DNA of 64,000 nucleotides, from contig OZ024756.1 in assembly GCA_964016885.1 (NCBI GenBank), positions 22,754,001-22,818,000 of the forward strand, read 5' to 3'. Positions 26,804 through 41,349 of this stretch are shown in pieces. The DNA is from Eledone cirrhosa (lineage: Eukaryota). Positions within the stretch are counted from its first letter, which is position 1; each line of letters begins with the position of its first letter. The translations under genes were made by a program, and so were the position numbers. Below the pieces are notes generated by a model. That model did no database searches, was not told the DNA's origin, and saw only the letters and a list, made by a program, of their open reading frames with translations.

Positions 26804-27290
26804 GTAATGCCACTGCTTAATACTGGCTTTTTAGTCCACCTAGGGACTTGCCTATGACTAGCAATACCATGCATCGAAAACAACGCCACATATCAAGCGA
26901 TCACTGTGCTTGAAGCTTTTTAAGTGAGGAAAAGCTTTGCACGGGGCCAAGTCCATCTCTGCATTTACCCAAAAAGAACTGATCTACATCATTGGATGCA
27001 AATGAAGTCGCAGGTTTTATATCAGTGTGACCTTCTCCTAGAGAGATGTCTTAATGAAGACTAGGAGTCTTAATGAAGACTACAAAAGAAAAAAAAAATT
27101 AATGGATGGCCGTTGACTCTCCTGAGTTCCTCAGCCCTTTGACAGATTTTGATTTTTTATCCCGCAGGGCATCAAAAACTCACCCTCCTCACCAAGCAAG
27201 CAGGTGGTGTTGCAGGGTTAGTCACCGACGACCCGACCATGCACAGTTTGTACTAGGTTACATGTTACCAATAGCGGTGAAGAGCGACCT

Positions 27291-27334
<44 letters not shown>

Positions 27335-27342
<8 letters not shown>

Positions 27343-27541
27343 ATAGAAGGAGCTTCTACAGGACTGGGATAACCATAGTAAGTAAGGTACTCAATACATG
27401 GCAGAGTAAAATATATTTATTGTATAGAAGGGACTTCTACAGGACTGTAGAAGCTCCTTCTATACAATAAATATATTTTACTCTGCCATGTATTGAGTAC
27501 CTTACTTACTGTGGTTATCCCCGACTCAACCCGGGATCTAC

Positions 27542-27545
<4 letters not shown>
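27335..27545. mobile_element. Family D: partial tandem plus fold-back copy
   Basis: CTTCTACAG-GA-CTGTAGAAG turn; relatives at 730-790 and 45630-45750 read GAAA-CAG-loop-CTG-TA on minus. Confidence 0.6.
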
Positions 27546-27598
<53 letters not shown>

Positions 27599-27919
27599 TT
27601 CATAAATACACACATAAGTTCACACACACACACACACACCTACACACCCACATGTACATACATTATATAAAGAGAAAAAAAGGGGAAGGTGGATAACAGA
27701 AATAAGTGATGAGAGACAGGAAAACAAACGAAAGCAAGATGAAATACTATAAAGTTTAAGGATACTGGTTGAACGTACAAACGTATGTACTGCTATACAA
27801 TCAAGTTAGTAAACGAACCACCCGCAGTAAGGTTTGGTGTGATTTGAGAGTAGTTCACCTCATCACTGAATGTCTTGAAATCTTCAAACAACCTACATAA
27901 TGTCTGTGACATTCACACG

Positions 27920-28011
<92 letters not shown>

Positions 28012-28118
28012 ACTTGCAGATCCTTTAGTTGAAGAAGCGTTGCTTGTTAAGTTGTCTCCTTGTGTTTTTGTATTTTACATATTCTTGTTTTTTCCTCATT
28101 TCTACCTACCCTCTTCAT

Positions 28119-28177
<59 letters not shown>

Positions 28178-28189
28178 CACCCACACATA

Positions 28190-28299
28190 TATATAATGTG
28201 TGTATTTACATGTACTGTATACATTTTCTTATATATACACACACACACACACATATAATGCGTGTGTGTGTGTATTTACATGTACTGTATACATTTTCT

Positions 28300-28331
<32 letters not shown>

Positions 28332-28439
28332 TATAATGCGTGTGTGTGTGTATTTACATGTACTGTATACATTTTCATATATATATATGAAACACATATA
28401 ATGCGTGTGTGTGTATTTACATGTACTGTATATATTTTC

Positions 28440-28480
<41 letters not shown>

Positions 28481-28522
28481 TATAATGCGTGTGTGTGTAT
28501 TTACATGTACTGTATACATTTC

Positions 28523-28561
<39 letters not shown>

Positions 28562-28678
28562 TATAATGCGTGTGTGTGTATTTACATGTACTGTATACAT
28601 TTTCATATATATATATACACACACACACATATATATAATGCGTGTGTGTGTATTTACATGTACTGTATACATTTCATA

Positions 28679-28744
<66 letters not shown>

Positions 28745-28865
28745 TATAATGCGTGTGTGTGTATTTACATGTACTGTATACATTTTCATATATATATATA
28801 TATACACACACACACATATATAATGCGTGTGTGTGTATTTACATGTACTGTATACATTTTCATAG
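28190..28865. repeat. Minisatellite: conserved ~45-bp core separated by variable (TA)n(CA)n
   Basis: ATAATGCGTGTGTGTGTATTTACATGTACTGTATACATTTTC repeated about 9 times. Confidence 0.92.
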
Positions 28866-30370
28866 AAAAGATGTAAGTTTCGGTAAGCTGCATAAAGCAC
28901 TACATTTCTCTTTTATGAATCAAATATATTTTGATAAGTATTTTCATGTTTTTACTTTGCCATTTCTAAGTAGCTTTTATATTCTCTGTAACGTCGATTG
29001 AACGATCTTCTATTATTCAATACATAAGTTACTCTATAGCAATCCTGGATATTTACTGTACCAAGACGAAAATGTATGTAACCACTGTTTAAGATTCTTG
29101 TCAATTTTTTCATAAAAGGAAACCACTGACGTTTAAAAAATATTCGTCTATACAGTCTTTTTGTTGAGGTAGCATTTCTTCTATCCTTAAGTAAAATGGA
29201 TCGCCAGATCAAATATATGCTTGGACATCTATGTTTACTAATCTTTCGTTTTAAATAAGAATATGAAATCCCTAAAACTTGTTGAGGTATTATACCGATG
29301 ATGCAAAATGGTGGAGAAAAACACACGAAATGGAACTCCATTGGTTTCGATGATGAGCGTTCCAGTTTGTTTGATCCACAGAACTGCGTGATCATGTTAT
29401 TAACGTGTAGGTAGTTGATCCTTCAACAGAGACGTAATTAGCAAGGAAATTCAACATGACACAGTGTGTGACAAATCTGGTTCTTTAGATTATAACTATG
29501 GTCCATCCGTCTCCCTTGCACACAAGTTCATTCTACTCGATTTCATTCGTCCGGCTTGTGTCGCTTTTGTAAATTACATTTTCCCAAGATGCCTCGCAGA
29601 TGGTATGAACCCGGTGCCTTGCAATTGAAAATCAAACTTTTAAACTCTCAGACTTTTGTGTGTGTTCACAGGTTGCCAACTGAAATCGATGAAAACTGCC
29701 TCGAATAGAAACAAATCCCGAAAACAGAGAAATAAAAATGTTACGAGTTTTTAGCAATCAGCTCAATAAACGACCAGTCATAGAAGATTTGCAGTACTAC
29801 ATATATTTTTCTGATTCCTTAACTCCCGATCCGTGTCCTAGAGACGTCATAGTGGCAGACGGCGTTTCTTCGACATTTTAAGCCTGACGAAACCCATCCC
29901 TCTCTAGGACTGAACACAGCAGATTTCTGCAAGTGAAGGATTGAGAGTGAGAAAGAGAGGGCACGAGAAAGAGATATAGAGGAATAATCGATCCTAGTAC
30001 GTGATGGTGATATTTTTTATCGACCTCGAAATGATAAAATATAAGGTTGATCTCAGAGAACAGAGCCAAAATGAATGCCGCAAGGCATTCTATCCGCCGC
30101 TCTAACGACTCTACCAATCCGCCGCCAAGTGCTCTATATTATTGCAGCATATGCAATTCATTCACAGCAAAGGCAAATTGTTTATGGTGTTAGTTTGCAA
30201 CTTCACCATTGTACAATAACCAATTCGACTACCGGACCAGAGAGTGGGTTTTTTCTTTGAGCAATACACTTTAAATTACTTCACTCCATTCATATTTCCA
30301 AGACCAGGAGTGGGGTCACAAATCAGGGTAGTACTCTATGTACACACAGACAGGCACACACACGCACACC

Positions 30371-30439
<69 letters not shown>

Positions 30440-30556
30440 ATCTGCACAACACAATTAGCATTTTTGTATTTTTGTACATATACCCCAAAAATGATTATAA
30501 AATCACATTTGGAAGGACATAAATGTTGGCTAGTGCTTTACTCGAATTGCATCATC

Positions 30557-30632
<76 letters not shown>

Positions 30633-31139
30633 CTCTTTAATATATGAAACATGCCTTTTTTATTTTAGATATACATTTTTTGGTTTATATTATTTTATTA
30701 TTTGATACCTTTTTCAAACAAATTCTGTTCAAAAACCAGACAGCCATGTAGATAAAATCATGGGCTAATTTATAAAGAAAAAAGAAACTTGTGATATATG
30801 CAAAGTATTGAAATTGAAGTATCCAGCTAGTTAGACGTCGATAACTGATATGAGTCAACTAATACGGAACCAAATATATATATACCAATATTGGCGGAAA
30901 TTTAAATGTTGTAATGAAGATAACAGAAAATAAAAATATGACAAGAAAAGTAGCAGAAAATCTAATGCACAGTTGGTATCACCAGATATGGCATGATATA
31001 GATAAGAAATGAGGACAAATATTTTTGAAAAGATAGCTGAAAAAAAGATATGTTTAACAAATATATAAACCATGAAAAGGAATAAATAGGGCAAAAGTAA
31101 ATACCTCCTTTGGTCGCAAATAACCATGTTATATGCAGC

Positions 31140-31428
31140 TAGAATGTTCTCCTTCTCAGCCACATGTCCAGGCAAGTTTGTTTTGGAAGTCCATCGGTCA
31201 CCCATGTACACTTATCTCCCCTCGCCACACCACCGATGTGGTCTAAGGAAAAGGTAAATGCCAGTACAGCTTAGACCTCGCTACTCATTTCTACAGGTGA
31301 ATGAACCGGAGCAGGATGAAATAAAGTGTCTTGCTCAAGGACACAATGCATCACCCGCTCCGAAAATTGAACTCACAACCGCACAATTGTAAGCTCAATG
31401 CTCTAACCACTAAGTCATGTGCTTTCAT
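31140..31428 (-). mobile_element. SINE family 2
   Basis: AAAGTGTCTTGCTCAAGGACACAA and CTCTAACCACTAAGTCA (reverse-complement tRNA head). Confidence 0.75.
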
Positions 31429-31680
31429 ATCAAAGAGGAATAAATAACAAAAAAAAAAGATTGCGTAGACGATAATGAAACATCGGTTGATGGTCAGCCA
31501 AAAATTGCAGAAAGTATTTTTAATGGAAATAATTTAAACACCGTGTACACAATAAACCCTAACTCTAAACCTAAAACAACCAACGAGATATGGCAAAACC
31601 AACGTTCGTATCCGTAGCAGTCAAACGAACACTAAGATATGAGCACATTTAATACATATCTATCTATCTATCTATCTACT

Positions 31681-32719
31681 CGTCTCACTCACCGAGCTGC
31701 AATCCTGGGTCAAGCAAAGACCGAGAAAACTGGGCGCCTGGCACACTGAGTGTGCCCAGGCGCTCACCGCCCTCTGGCAGGCGGATCCGGTTATCAGTGG
31801 AGACTCCACCGCAACATTCTATAGAGGGCTGGTACGCAGCAGGTGCGACGACGCCCTCGGAGAAGCCCTAGACATGGAGGAGGACGAACTGGCCAGCCTG
31901 TTCGGTAGGACATTCAGCCCGGGACCTATGGACAACTTCCAGAAGTCCCTGGCCTGGCAGTGCTACCGAGGGGCTTTACCCGTTCGAGAAAGGCTCTACA
32001 GACACGGGCGCCCGGGTAGGGACCCCGCCAAAAAGATCTGTCCCAGATGCGTGTGCGACGAGGAAACCGTTGCACACGCATTAGTACACTGCTCGGGCGT
32101 AGCCGATCTGTGGGGCTATGTCGAACAACTGCTGTCAAGGGTGGGACCGATCCGGTTGACCACCGAGACTATTGTAATGATCAAGCCGCCTCCCCCCTTC
32201 AAAGATGAAGCAGAGGCGGTGTTTCTGTGCGTAATAGCCATGGCGAAAGAGGTTGTATGGTGGACGCGTCTGAAAGGACTGAGGTCGGGCACCTTTCTCT
32301 CTGGCCAACAACTGGTCCGTTTCTTCCGATATCATTTCGGAAGAAGGATCAGGATGGAGAGAGAGGTGCTGCACCCCAGCCGTTTCTATGAAAGATGGGT
32401 GAAAGTGGCGAGAATGGCCCGTGTGAATGGGCCTTCACTCTACATCAGACTATAGGTGAGGAAGATGAAAGACCAAGGGAGCACCCCTTCTCTGTGCTCC
32501 TGAGGAGAAGGGTTGCACACTTTTTTCGGGGGTGTGTGCGACCCCCCAAGGCGCCTCCTCTCTATTGAGGATTTTGTAAAAAATTTTATTTTTTGTTATA
32601 TCTTATTTTATTTTTATATTTTGTTATTGCCTCCTCCTTATTGAGGACGCCTTTTTGTGTAAACTCCCCCCTTTGTACTTGTCCCACTTTTGATGCCCTA
32701 GTGGCAAATAAAAGAAATA
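31681..32719 (+). mobile_element. Young 5'-truncated Tx1/L1-like LINE with 16-bp TSD
   Basis: GC-rich insert; AATAAAAGAAA 3' end; TSD TATCTATCTATCTACT at 31665-31680 and 32720-32735. Confidence 0.85.
31682..32455 (+). pseudogene. C-terminal part of LINE ORF2 with zf-RVT-type zinc knuckle
   Basis: Frame is open from the truncation point (VSLTELQSW...) to the stop; SLAWQCYRGALPVRERL...CPRC...ETVAHALVHC...LW matches the L1/Tx1 CCHC domain. Confidence 0.8.
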
Positions 32720-33007
32720 TATCTATCTATCTACTACTAAAACTCTGTGGTCGTGTGCTTGTGTGCTTGTCTGTAATTTAATACATCCAAAACGGCGCAA
32801 TCTCTGAAAAAAATTTGATAGAAAGTTTCCCTGAAATGGGACTACAAATGGAATATAAAAAAGTTTCGCGTAAATCGAAGCACTTCATAGATAAAGAAAG
32901 AGAAAGAGAAAGTGGTTGTGAGAAAGTAGATTGAAAGAGAGACATAGAGAGAGAATATGTATACACACATACAAACATATATATATATATTTTTATATAT
33001 ATATATT

Positions 33008-33670
<663 letters not shown>

Positions 33671-33712
33671 TTATATATATATACGTATATATATATATAT
33701 AGAGAGAGAGAG

Positions 33713-34232
33713 AGAAAATTGAGGTTGGTAATGGCACATGGAATATATAAGAGACAGAATACTTTTTTGTGAAAAAACATATAATTTTATAAGGTAAGGA
33801 AATAATAAAGGGTATAAAAAATGACCGGTTTCGATGGGTCTGCAAAAGCCATCTTTTCAAATGTTGATTAATATTAAGAAAAATTAATAATAAGAAGAGT
33901 TAAAATTTGAGATTTGAAAATTCAAGTATAGAATTCATTGTGGGATTTCACAGTAGTTTTCATCTTGGTAGCAGCTCGTTGATGAAAACTACTATGAAAT
34001 CCACAATAAATTCTATTCTTGAATTTTCAAATCTCAAATTTTAACTCTTCTTATTATTAATTTTTCTTAATATTAATCAACATTTGAAAAGATGGCTTTT
34101 GCAGACCCATCGAAACCGGTCATTTTTTATACCCTTTATTATTTCCTTACCTTATAAAATTATATGTTTTTTCACAAAAAAGTATTCTGTCTCTTATATA
34201 TTCCATGTGCCATTACCAACCTCAATTTTCTC
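33713..34232. mobile_element. ~520-bp fold-back element with paired U3-A8 hammerheads
   Basis: ~250-bp arms around a short loop at ~33965-33978; outer ~210 bp look identical, inner ~40 bp are mismatched. Confidence 0.8.
34079..34126 (+). ncRNA. Minimal hammerhead, U3-A8 variant (mirror copy at 33818-33865 on minus)
   Basis: AACAT TTGAAAA GATGG CTTTTGCAGAC CCATC GAAA CCGG TC ATTTT. Confidence 0.7.
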
Positions 34233-34265
34233 TATAACCTTCGTTTTGTGTATGTAAATTACACT

Positions 34266-34315
<50 letters not shown>

Positions 34316-34695
34316 GCCTTCCCATTTCATTTTACATTATATACATGCCTGTGTATATTTCAATTATTTAAAATATATTTTAAAGTGAACTTGACCCAAT
34401 GGGTCACCGGTGGTCTAGTACCTCACAACATTCTGGCATAATCATTTCACCTCCATTGGTCCTGGTCTCTTTAATATTTCACCAAAACACATTAAAACAG
34501 AAACAGACCCTATAAAATTCAAAACGACTTTGGAAAAATTCCTTCAAGAAATCCCAGATATGTCTCAGTAAACAATAACTATCTACTTGAATGAATCATG
34601 GTGTCCAGATCCTGATTTGAAAGACTTCGCCAGTTGGTGCTATTAAGTTAGACATGGCCTGAGCCAATACTGGTCGAAACCTATCAAAGTTTTTC

Positions 34696-34777
<82 letters not shown>

Positions 34778-34874
34778 ATTAGAATACTGGAGCGTGTTGG
34801 AGTTAAACACCCTCTTCGTATTATAGAAATGACAGTAAAAGGTATAGCTCAATGCAGTTAAACAGAGCCAAAAA

Positions 34875-34967
34875 ATTAAGAGAGTAAAACAAAGAATCCT
34901 TTAATACATCAACATTGTCGGCTAATAAAAACTTTTGATGTATTAAAGGATTCTTTGTTTTACTCTC

Positions 34968-34970
<3 letters not shown>
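34875..34970. repeat. Hairpin with ~37-bp arms abutting (TA)n
   Basis: ATTAAGAGAGTAAAACAAAGAATCCTTTAATACATCAA / TTGATGTATTAAAGGATTCTTTGTTTTACTCTCTTAAT. Confidence 0.8.
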
Positions 34971-35005
<35 letters not shown>

Positions 35006-35008
<3 letters not shown>

Positions 35009-35123
35009 CGAAGGAAATGTGGTAAGGAACCAGGTGGACCATAACGCACCAAAGTACTCAATACTTGAGGTAGTAAAGTGGGTAATAGGAACCAGTAAGA
35101 CCCCAAGTAAGGTCTTACTTGTT

Positions 35124-35207
<84 letters not shown>

Positions 35208-35385
35208 AAAAGAGTCAGGACCCCGACGGCTGAGCTCCGGCCGTTTCGACAGCTAGATCCTAGTTCGGATCTAGCTATCAAAACGGCCGGGGTCCTGACT
35301 CTTTTCCTTTTACCCACTCTATTACCCTAAGTATCGTTATGGTTCCACTCCTTTCTTACCACACTTTCTTTGTTCTTTGTTATAT
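35006..35385. mobile_element. Two family B copies in opposite orientation separated by (TA)n
   Basis: 35006-35127 and 35203-35380, each with a terminal fold-back. Confidence 0.65.
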
Positions 35386-35919
35386 ATATATATAATAGAC
35401 ACCACTGAAATGTATATAAAAGTAGCAACGCAGTTAATAAAATAATGTAATATAAAGCACACTGATATATGTGTGTGTATGTATCCAAAATGGATACACA
35501 CACACCCCCAACTTCTTTTCCCTTCATTCATCTCATCATTCTCTAACTTTCTATTGATATCTATCTAGTGTCCTAAATTTTAAGACTTTTTTCTTAATAT
35601 ATTAAGCGTTAAACTTATATATTTTTTTCATTCTGCTGTGTTGTTTGCTTTGTTGTTTCCGTTTACATGTTGTATACATCCCCAAAATGATTGATTGAAT
35701 ACACAAGTGCTTGTTATTAAAGAAAAGTAAGTTTTTCGTTTCTTCCTCTTCAGACTATGTTTTAATTTCATCTTTTATTTTTCATACTGTATTCTGTTGA
35801 AGGAGTATTATCCGAAACCTAAATAATTTTTTGCTACTATATCAAGCAATAAATTAACATATTTCTTCCTTGTTCTGCCATGTTTGCTTTGATTATTACT
35901 TTTACGTTTTGTATATATA

Positions 35920-35955
35920 TATATATATGCATTGTTAAATTAATATCTAATATAT

Positions 35956-35987
<32 letters not shown>

Positions 35988-36115
35988 GCATTGTTAAATT
36001 AATATCTAATATATATATATATAAATAAATATATATATATATGCATTGTTAAATTAATATCTAATATATATATATATAAATATATATATATATATGCATT
36101 GTTAAATTAATATCT

Positions 36116-36148
<33 letters not shown>

Positions 36149-36180
36149 GCATTGTTAAATTAATATCTAATATATATATA
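35920..36180. repeat. Minisatellite, five copies of ATGCATTGTTAAATTAATATCTAA + (TA)n
   Basis: Direct inspection. Confidence 0.9.
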
Positions 36181-36711
36181 TGTGTGTGTATATATTCGGT
36201 ATTAATTTAACAATGCATATATACGCATATGTTCTCAAGGTCATGCTATTCAATTTTTATAACAAACACTTATATAGATTTACTGAGTTAATTTTTTCAG
36301 TGAGAGATTCTAGAACGAATAAACATCTTTCGGGTAAACTATGTTTACGTTTCGTAATGAATATCGCCAGTATTACAGCAGGCGAATTGATTACACACAC
36401 AAACCCTTACATACCTATATATATATATGTATATACACACACACATACACACACATATATATATATATTTATTAAAATAATTTTACATGTTTGCATAATA
36501 ATTTACATAATAATTTTATTATTATTTTATTATTATTATAATTTTATTATTATTACTATATATTATTATAATTTTATTATTATTACTATATATATTATTA
36601 CTATATATATTATTATATATTATTACTATATATATTATTACTATATATATTATTATATATTATTACTATATATATTATTACTATATATTATTATAATTTT
36701 ATTATTATTAC

Positions 36712-36745
<34 letters not shown>

Positions 36746-36788
36746 TATATATATACATATACACATATATACCTATACACACACACAC

Positions 36789-36819
<31 letters not shown>

Positions 36820-36883
36820 TATGCAGATAAATACATATAGATACAGTTTGCATATATATACATGCAAATATATATATATATAA

Positions 36884-36941
<58 letters not shown>

Positions 36942-37087
36942 CCAAAGATTAGTATGGTTCGTTGAATACTCAATGAATACAATTTTACAATAAATTAGAA
37001 GCACTCAACAAGTAAGTTTTCCGGGAGTTTTTAATATTATTCAAATTATTAACAAATGAAACATATTCTCATAATCAAAATATATAC

Positions 37088-37147
37088 TTTATTATATATA
37101 TTTCAGAGGTACTGTGTTGTTTTTTCAGTACGTCCTCATCAGACAAA
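37088..37147 (-). ncRNA. Type I hammerhead motif
   Basis: Minus: TTTGT CTGATGA GGAC GTACTG AAAAAACAACA CAGTAC CTCT GAAA TATATA TA ATAAA. Confidence 0.75.
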
Positions 37148-37218
37148 ATATATGATTTGATATATGACATACTTGATTGTTCAATTCCAGTATTGGCAGT
37201 ATATATCAAATCATATAA

Positions 37219-37278
37219 TTTGTCTGATGAGGACGTACTGAAAAAACAACACAGTACCTTTGAAATATATATAATAAA
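37219..37278 (+). ncRNA. Type I hammerhead motif
   Basis: TTTGT CTGATGA GGAC GTACTG ... CAGTAC CTTT GAAA TATATA TA ATAAA; base of helix II weakened relative to the minus copy. Confidence 0.65.
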
Positions 37279-37324
37279 GTATATATTTTGATTATGAGAA
37301 TATTTTTCATTTGTTAATATTTTG

Positions 37325-37376
<52 letters not shown>

Positions 37377-37377
37377 T

Positions 37378-37502
<125 letters not shown>

Positions 37503-37525
37503 ATATATATATATATATATATATT

Positions 37526-37567
<42 letters not shown>

Positions 37568-38129
37568 CAAATATATATATATATATATATATATATTTAC
37601 ACATATACATAAATACATATATATATGCATACAAATATATATATACATAAATATACACACTCACACACACACGCACACATATATATATATATACATATGT
37701 ATATATATATATATGTAGAGAGAGAGATAGAGAGAGAGAGAAAGAGAGACAGGGAGAGAAAGAGAGATAGAAAGCGAAAGAGAGAGGGAGAGATTCAAAT
37801 CAATATATATCGAGAGATTATCACAAACTGTATTCGGGTGATAGTTCATGAGGCGATGCTTGATCTGATACGTATCACCTGAGACATATATCTACCTGTC
37901 TGTGTGTCTGTCTGTCAGAAAGAGTGAGGAAGAGAGAGAGACATTGGGAGGCGGAAAGTGAGAGAGAAAGAAGAATAGAGAGAGAAGGAAGGGGAGAGAG
38001 GTTTCAGAGAGATGAAAGGAGAGAGAGAGAGAGCGAGAAAGAGAGAGAGAGAGAGAAAGAGGGGGAGAGAAACAGTGACATTGAGAGCCGGATAGACTTT
38101 GTGTGTGTGCGAGAGAGAGGGTGTGAAAG

Positions 38130-40140
38130 AGACTGAAAGAGGGAAAGAGAGAGTCAGGGGGAGAGAGGTAAGACACTGAAAGACAGAAAGAGAGAGTCAG
38201 GGGGAGAGAGGTAAGAGACTGAAAGACGGAAAGAGAGAGTCAACTGAAGAGAGGTAACATACTGAAAGAGAGAAAGAGAGAGTCAGAGATTGAAAGACAG
38301 AAAGAGAGAGTCAACTGGAGAGAGGTAAGACACTGAAAGACAGAAAGAGAGAGTCAGAGATTGAAAGACAGAAAGAGAGAGTCAACTGGGGAGAGGTAAG
38401 ATACTGAAAGACAGAAAGAGAGAGTCAGAGATTGAAAGACAGAAAGAGAGAGTCAACTGGGGAGAGGTAACATACTGAAAGACAGAAAGAGAGAGTCAGA
38501 GATTGAAAGACAGAAAGAGAGAGTAAACTGGAGAGAGGTAAGATACTGAAAGACAGAAGGAGAGAGTCAGAGATTGAAAGACAGAAAGAGAGAGTCAACT
38601 GGAGAGAGGTAAGATACTGAAAGACAGAAAGAGAGAGTCAGAGATTGAAAGACAGAAAGAGAGAGTCAACTGGAGAGAGGTAAGATACTGAAAGACAGAA
38701 AGAGAGAGTCAGAGATTGAAAGACAGAAAGAGAGAGTCAACTGGAGAGAGGTAAGATACTGAAAGACAGAAAGAGAGAGTCAGAGATTGAAAGACGGAAA
38801 GAGAGAGTCAGCTGGAGAGAGGTAAGATACTGAAAGACAGAAAGAGAGAGTCAGAGATTGAAAGACAGAAAGAGAGAGTCAACTGGAGAGAGGTAAGATA
38901 CTGAAAGACAGAAAGACAGAGTCAGAGATTGAAAGACAGAAAGAGAGAGTCAACTGGAGAGAGGTAAGATACTGAAAGACAGAAAGAGAGAGTCAGAGAT
39001 TGAAAGACAGAAAGAGAGAGTCAACTGGAGAGAGGTAAGATACTGAGAGACAGAAAGAGAGAGTCAGAGATTGAAAGACAGAAAGAGAGATTCAACTGGA
39101 GAGAGGTAAGATACTGAAAGACAGAAAGAGAGAGTCAGAGATTGAAAGGCAGAAAGAGAGAGTCAACTGGAGAGAGGTAAGATACTGAAAGACGAAAAAA
39201 GAGAGTCAGAGGGAGAGAGGTAAGAGACTGAAAGACAGAAAGAGAGGGTCAGGATGAGAGAGGTAAGAGACTGAAAGACAGAAAGAAAGAGTCAGAGGGA
39301 GAGAGGTAAGAGACTGAAAGACAGAAAGAGTGAGTTGGGGAGAGAGGTAAGAGACTGAAAGACAGAAAGAGTGAGTGGGGGAGAGACTGAAAGACAGAAA
39401 GAGTGAGTGGGGGAGAGACTGAAAGACAGAAAGTGTGAGTGGGGGAGCGACTGAAAGACAGAAAGAGTGAGTGGGGAGAGACTGAAAGACAGAAAGAGTG
39501 AGTGGGGGAGAGACTGAAAGACAGAAAGAGTGAGTGGGGGAGCGACTGAAAGACAGAAAGAGTGAGTGGGGGAGATAGGAAAGAGCCTGAAAGACAGAAA
39601 GAGAGAGTCAGGGATTGAAAGAGAGAAAGAGAGAGTCAACTGGAGAGAGGTAAGATACTGAAAGACAGAAAGAGAGAGTCAGAGATTGAAAGACAGAAAG
39701 AGAGAGTCAGAGATTGAAAGACAGAAAGAGAGAGTCAACTGAAGAGAGGTAACATACTGAAAGAGAGAAAGAGAGAGTCAGAGATTGAAAGACAGAAAGA
39801 GAGAGTCAACTGGAGAGAGGTAAGATACTGAAAGACGAAAAAAGAGAGTCAGAGGGAGAGAGGTAAGAGACTGAAAGACAGAAAGAGAGGGTCAGGATGA
39901 GAGAGGTAAGAGACTGAAAGACAGAAAGAGAGAGTCAGTGGGAGAGAGGTAAGAGACTGAAAGACAGAAACAGTGAGTGGGGGAGAGAGGTAAGAGACTG
40001 AAAGACAGAAAGAGTGAGTGGGGGAGAGACTGAAAGACAGAAAGAGTGAGTGGGGGAGAGAGGTAAGAGACTGAAAGACAGAAAGAGAGAGTCAGGGGAG
40101 AGAGGTAAGAGACTGAAAGACGGAAAGACGGAAAGAGTGA
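38130..40140. repeat. ~2-kb purine-rich satellite built on TGAAAGACAGAAAGAGAGAGTCA; 71-bp higher-order unit in ~38280-39180
   Basis: GTCAACTGG recurs at ~71-bp spacing; shorter ~30-43-bp variants (GAGTGAGTGGGGG) at 39320-39580 and 39960-40140. Confidence 0.92.
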
Positions 40141-40443
40141 GTGGGAGAGAGGAAAGGAGAGAGAGATAGAGAGTGTGTCAAAGAGATGCGGGTAATGACG
40201 TGCAATGAGATATAGAAAGAGATGGAACTGTTTGAGGCTGAGATATTGTGAAGGACTGAGAATTTACTCGAAAAGTTTGTTATTTCTAATGGAAATAAAC
40301 AGGATCTACTTTCAATATTACAAACCTATCGAACCATACGTAAATATAGCTTGCAGCTTTACATTTAGAAATTGGAAAATAGAAATGGGAGGGGAGGTAA
40401 ATTTCATTTTTTTTTTTAGAGGAAGAAATATATATATATACAC

Positions 40444-40522
<79 letters not shown>

Positions 40523-40664
40523 TCTATATCCTGATTCTTTTTGAGTTGAGTTTGTATTATTTTTCCCAAATCTTACGCGAATTATTTTCCCATTTTGACG
40601 CTATAGTCACTTAGTTATTATGGCTAACTGTTGCCTTTTTGCTACAATATTTTCTATACCTTTC

Positions 40665-40826
<162 letters not shown>

Positions 40827-41066
40827 CTCTGTGTATGGGTGTGTATGTGTCTCTGTGTGTGTGTGTGTGCATATGCAAGTGTTACTGTTGACGAAAAGCA
40901 CCAGAGCAATAATTACATTGGGATGGAACGGTTAAAGCATAGGCAATTATTGTTTATATATATATGTGTGTGTGTGTGTGTAAAAGGTAAACATGAATAA
41001 CAACACAATCGGTATAGTATATGGAAGGAATATATTAGGTGAACGCTTGAAATAGCAGGAAGAATG

Positions 41067-41102
41067 TCTTAACGTTTCGGACGCTAGTTCTTCATCAGAA
41101 GA
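41067..41102 (-). ncRNA. Minimal hammerhead (family G)
   Basis: Minus: TCTT CTGATGA AGAACTAGCGTCC GAAA CG TT AAGA; one helix II mismatch. Confidence 0.65.
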
Positions 41103-41349
41103 AAGAATGAGAAATCAGATAAATTGGAGGGACGGGCTGGGCGGAATTGTAAAAAATATTTTTAGAGAAAAATAACAGGTCCAGCGTGTGTGAGTATGTG
41201 ATATATATATCGACATTCAATCGACTTTCGTCAAATCAGACCGAGGAAACAATGTTTCCATTGGTCTTTCCAATTGCTAATACTATCTATCGGTCGCAAT
41301 TGTGTGTGTATACATATATACTTATACATGAGCGGGGCGTGAGAGGAGA

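Larger units (their letters stand above)
37034..37332. mobile_element. Fold-back element with two divergent canonical hammerheads
   Basis: Arms 37034-37165 and 37201-37332 with a few mismatches. Confidence 0.8.

Noticed and set aside
28190-28865. Repeat-spacer pattern resembling a CRISPR array
   Set aside because: Spacers are only variable (TA)n(CA)n, there are no cas genes and the context is eukaryotic; it is a minisatellite. The same applies to 35920-36180.
28952-29395. 147-aa non-repetitive ORF on minus
   Set aside because: No recognisable motif or splice evidence; cannot be supported as a gene.
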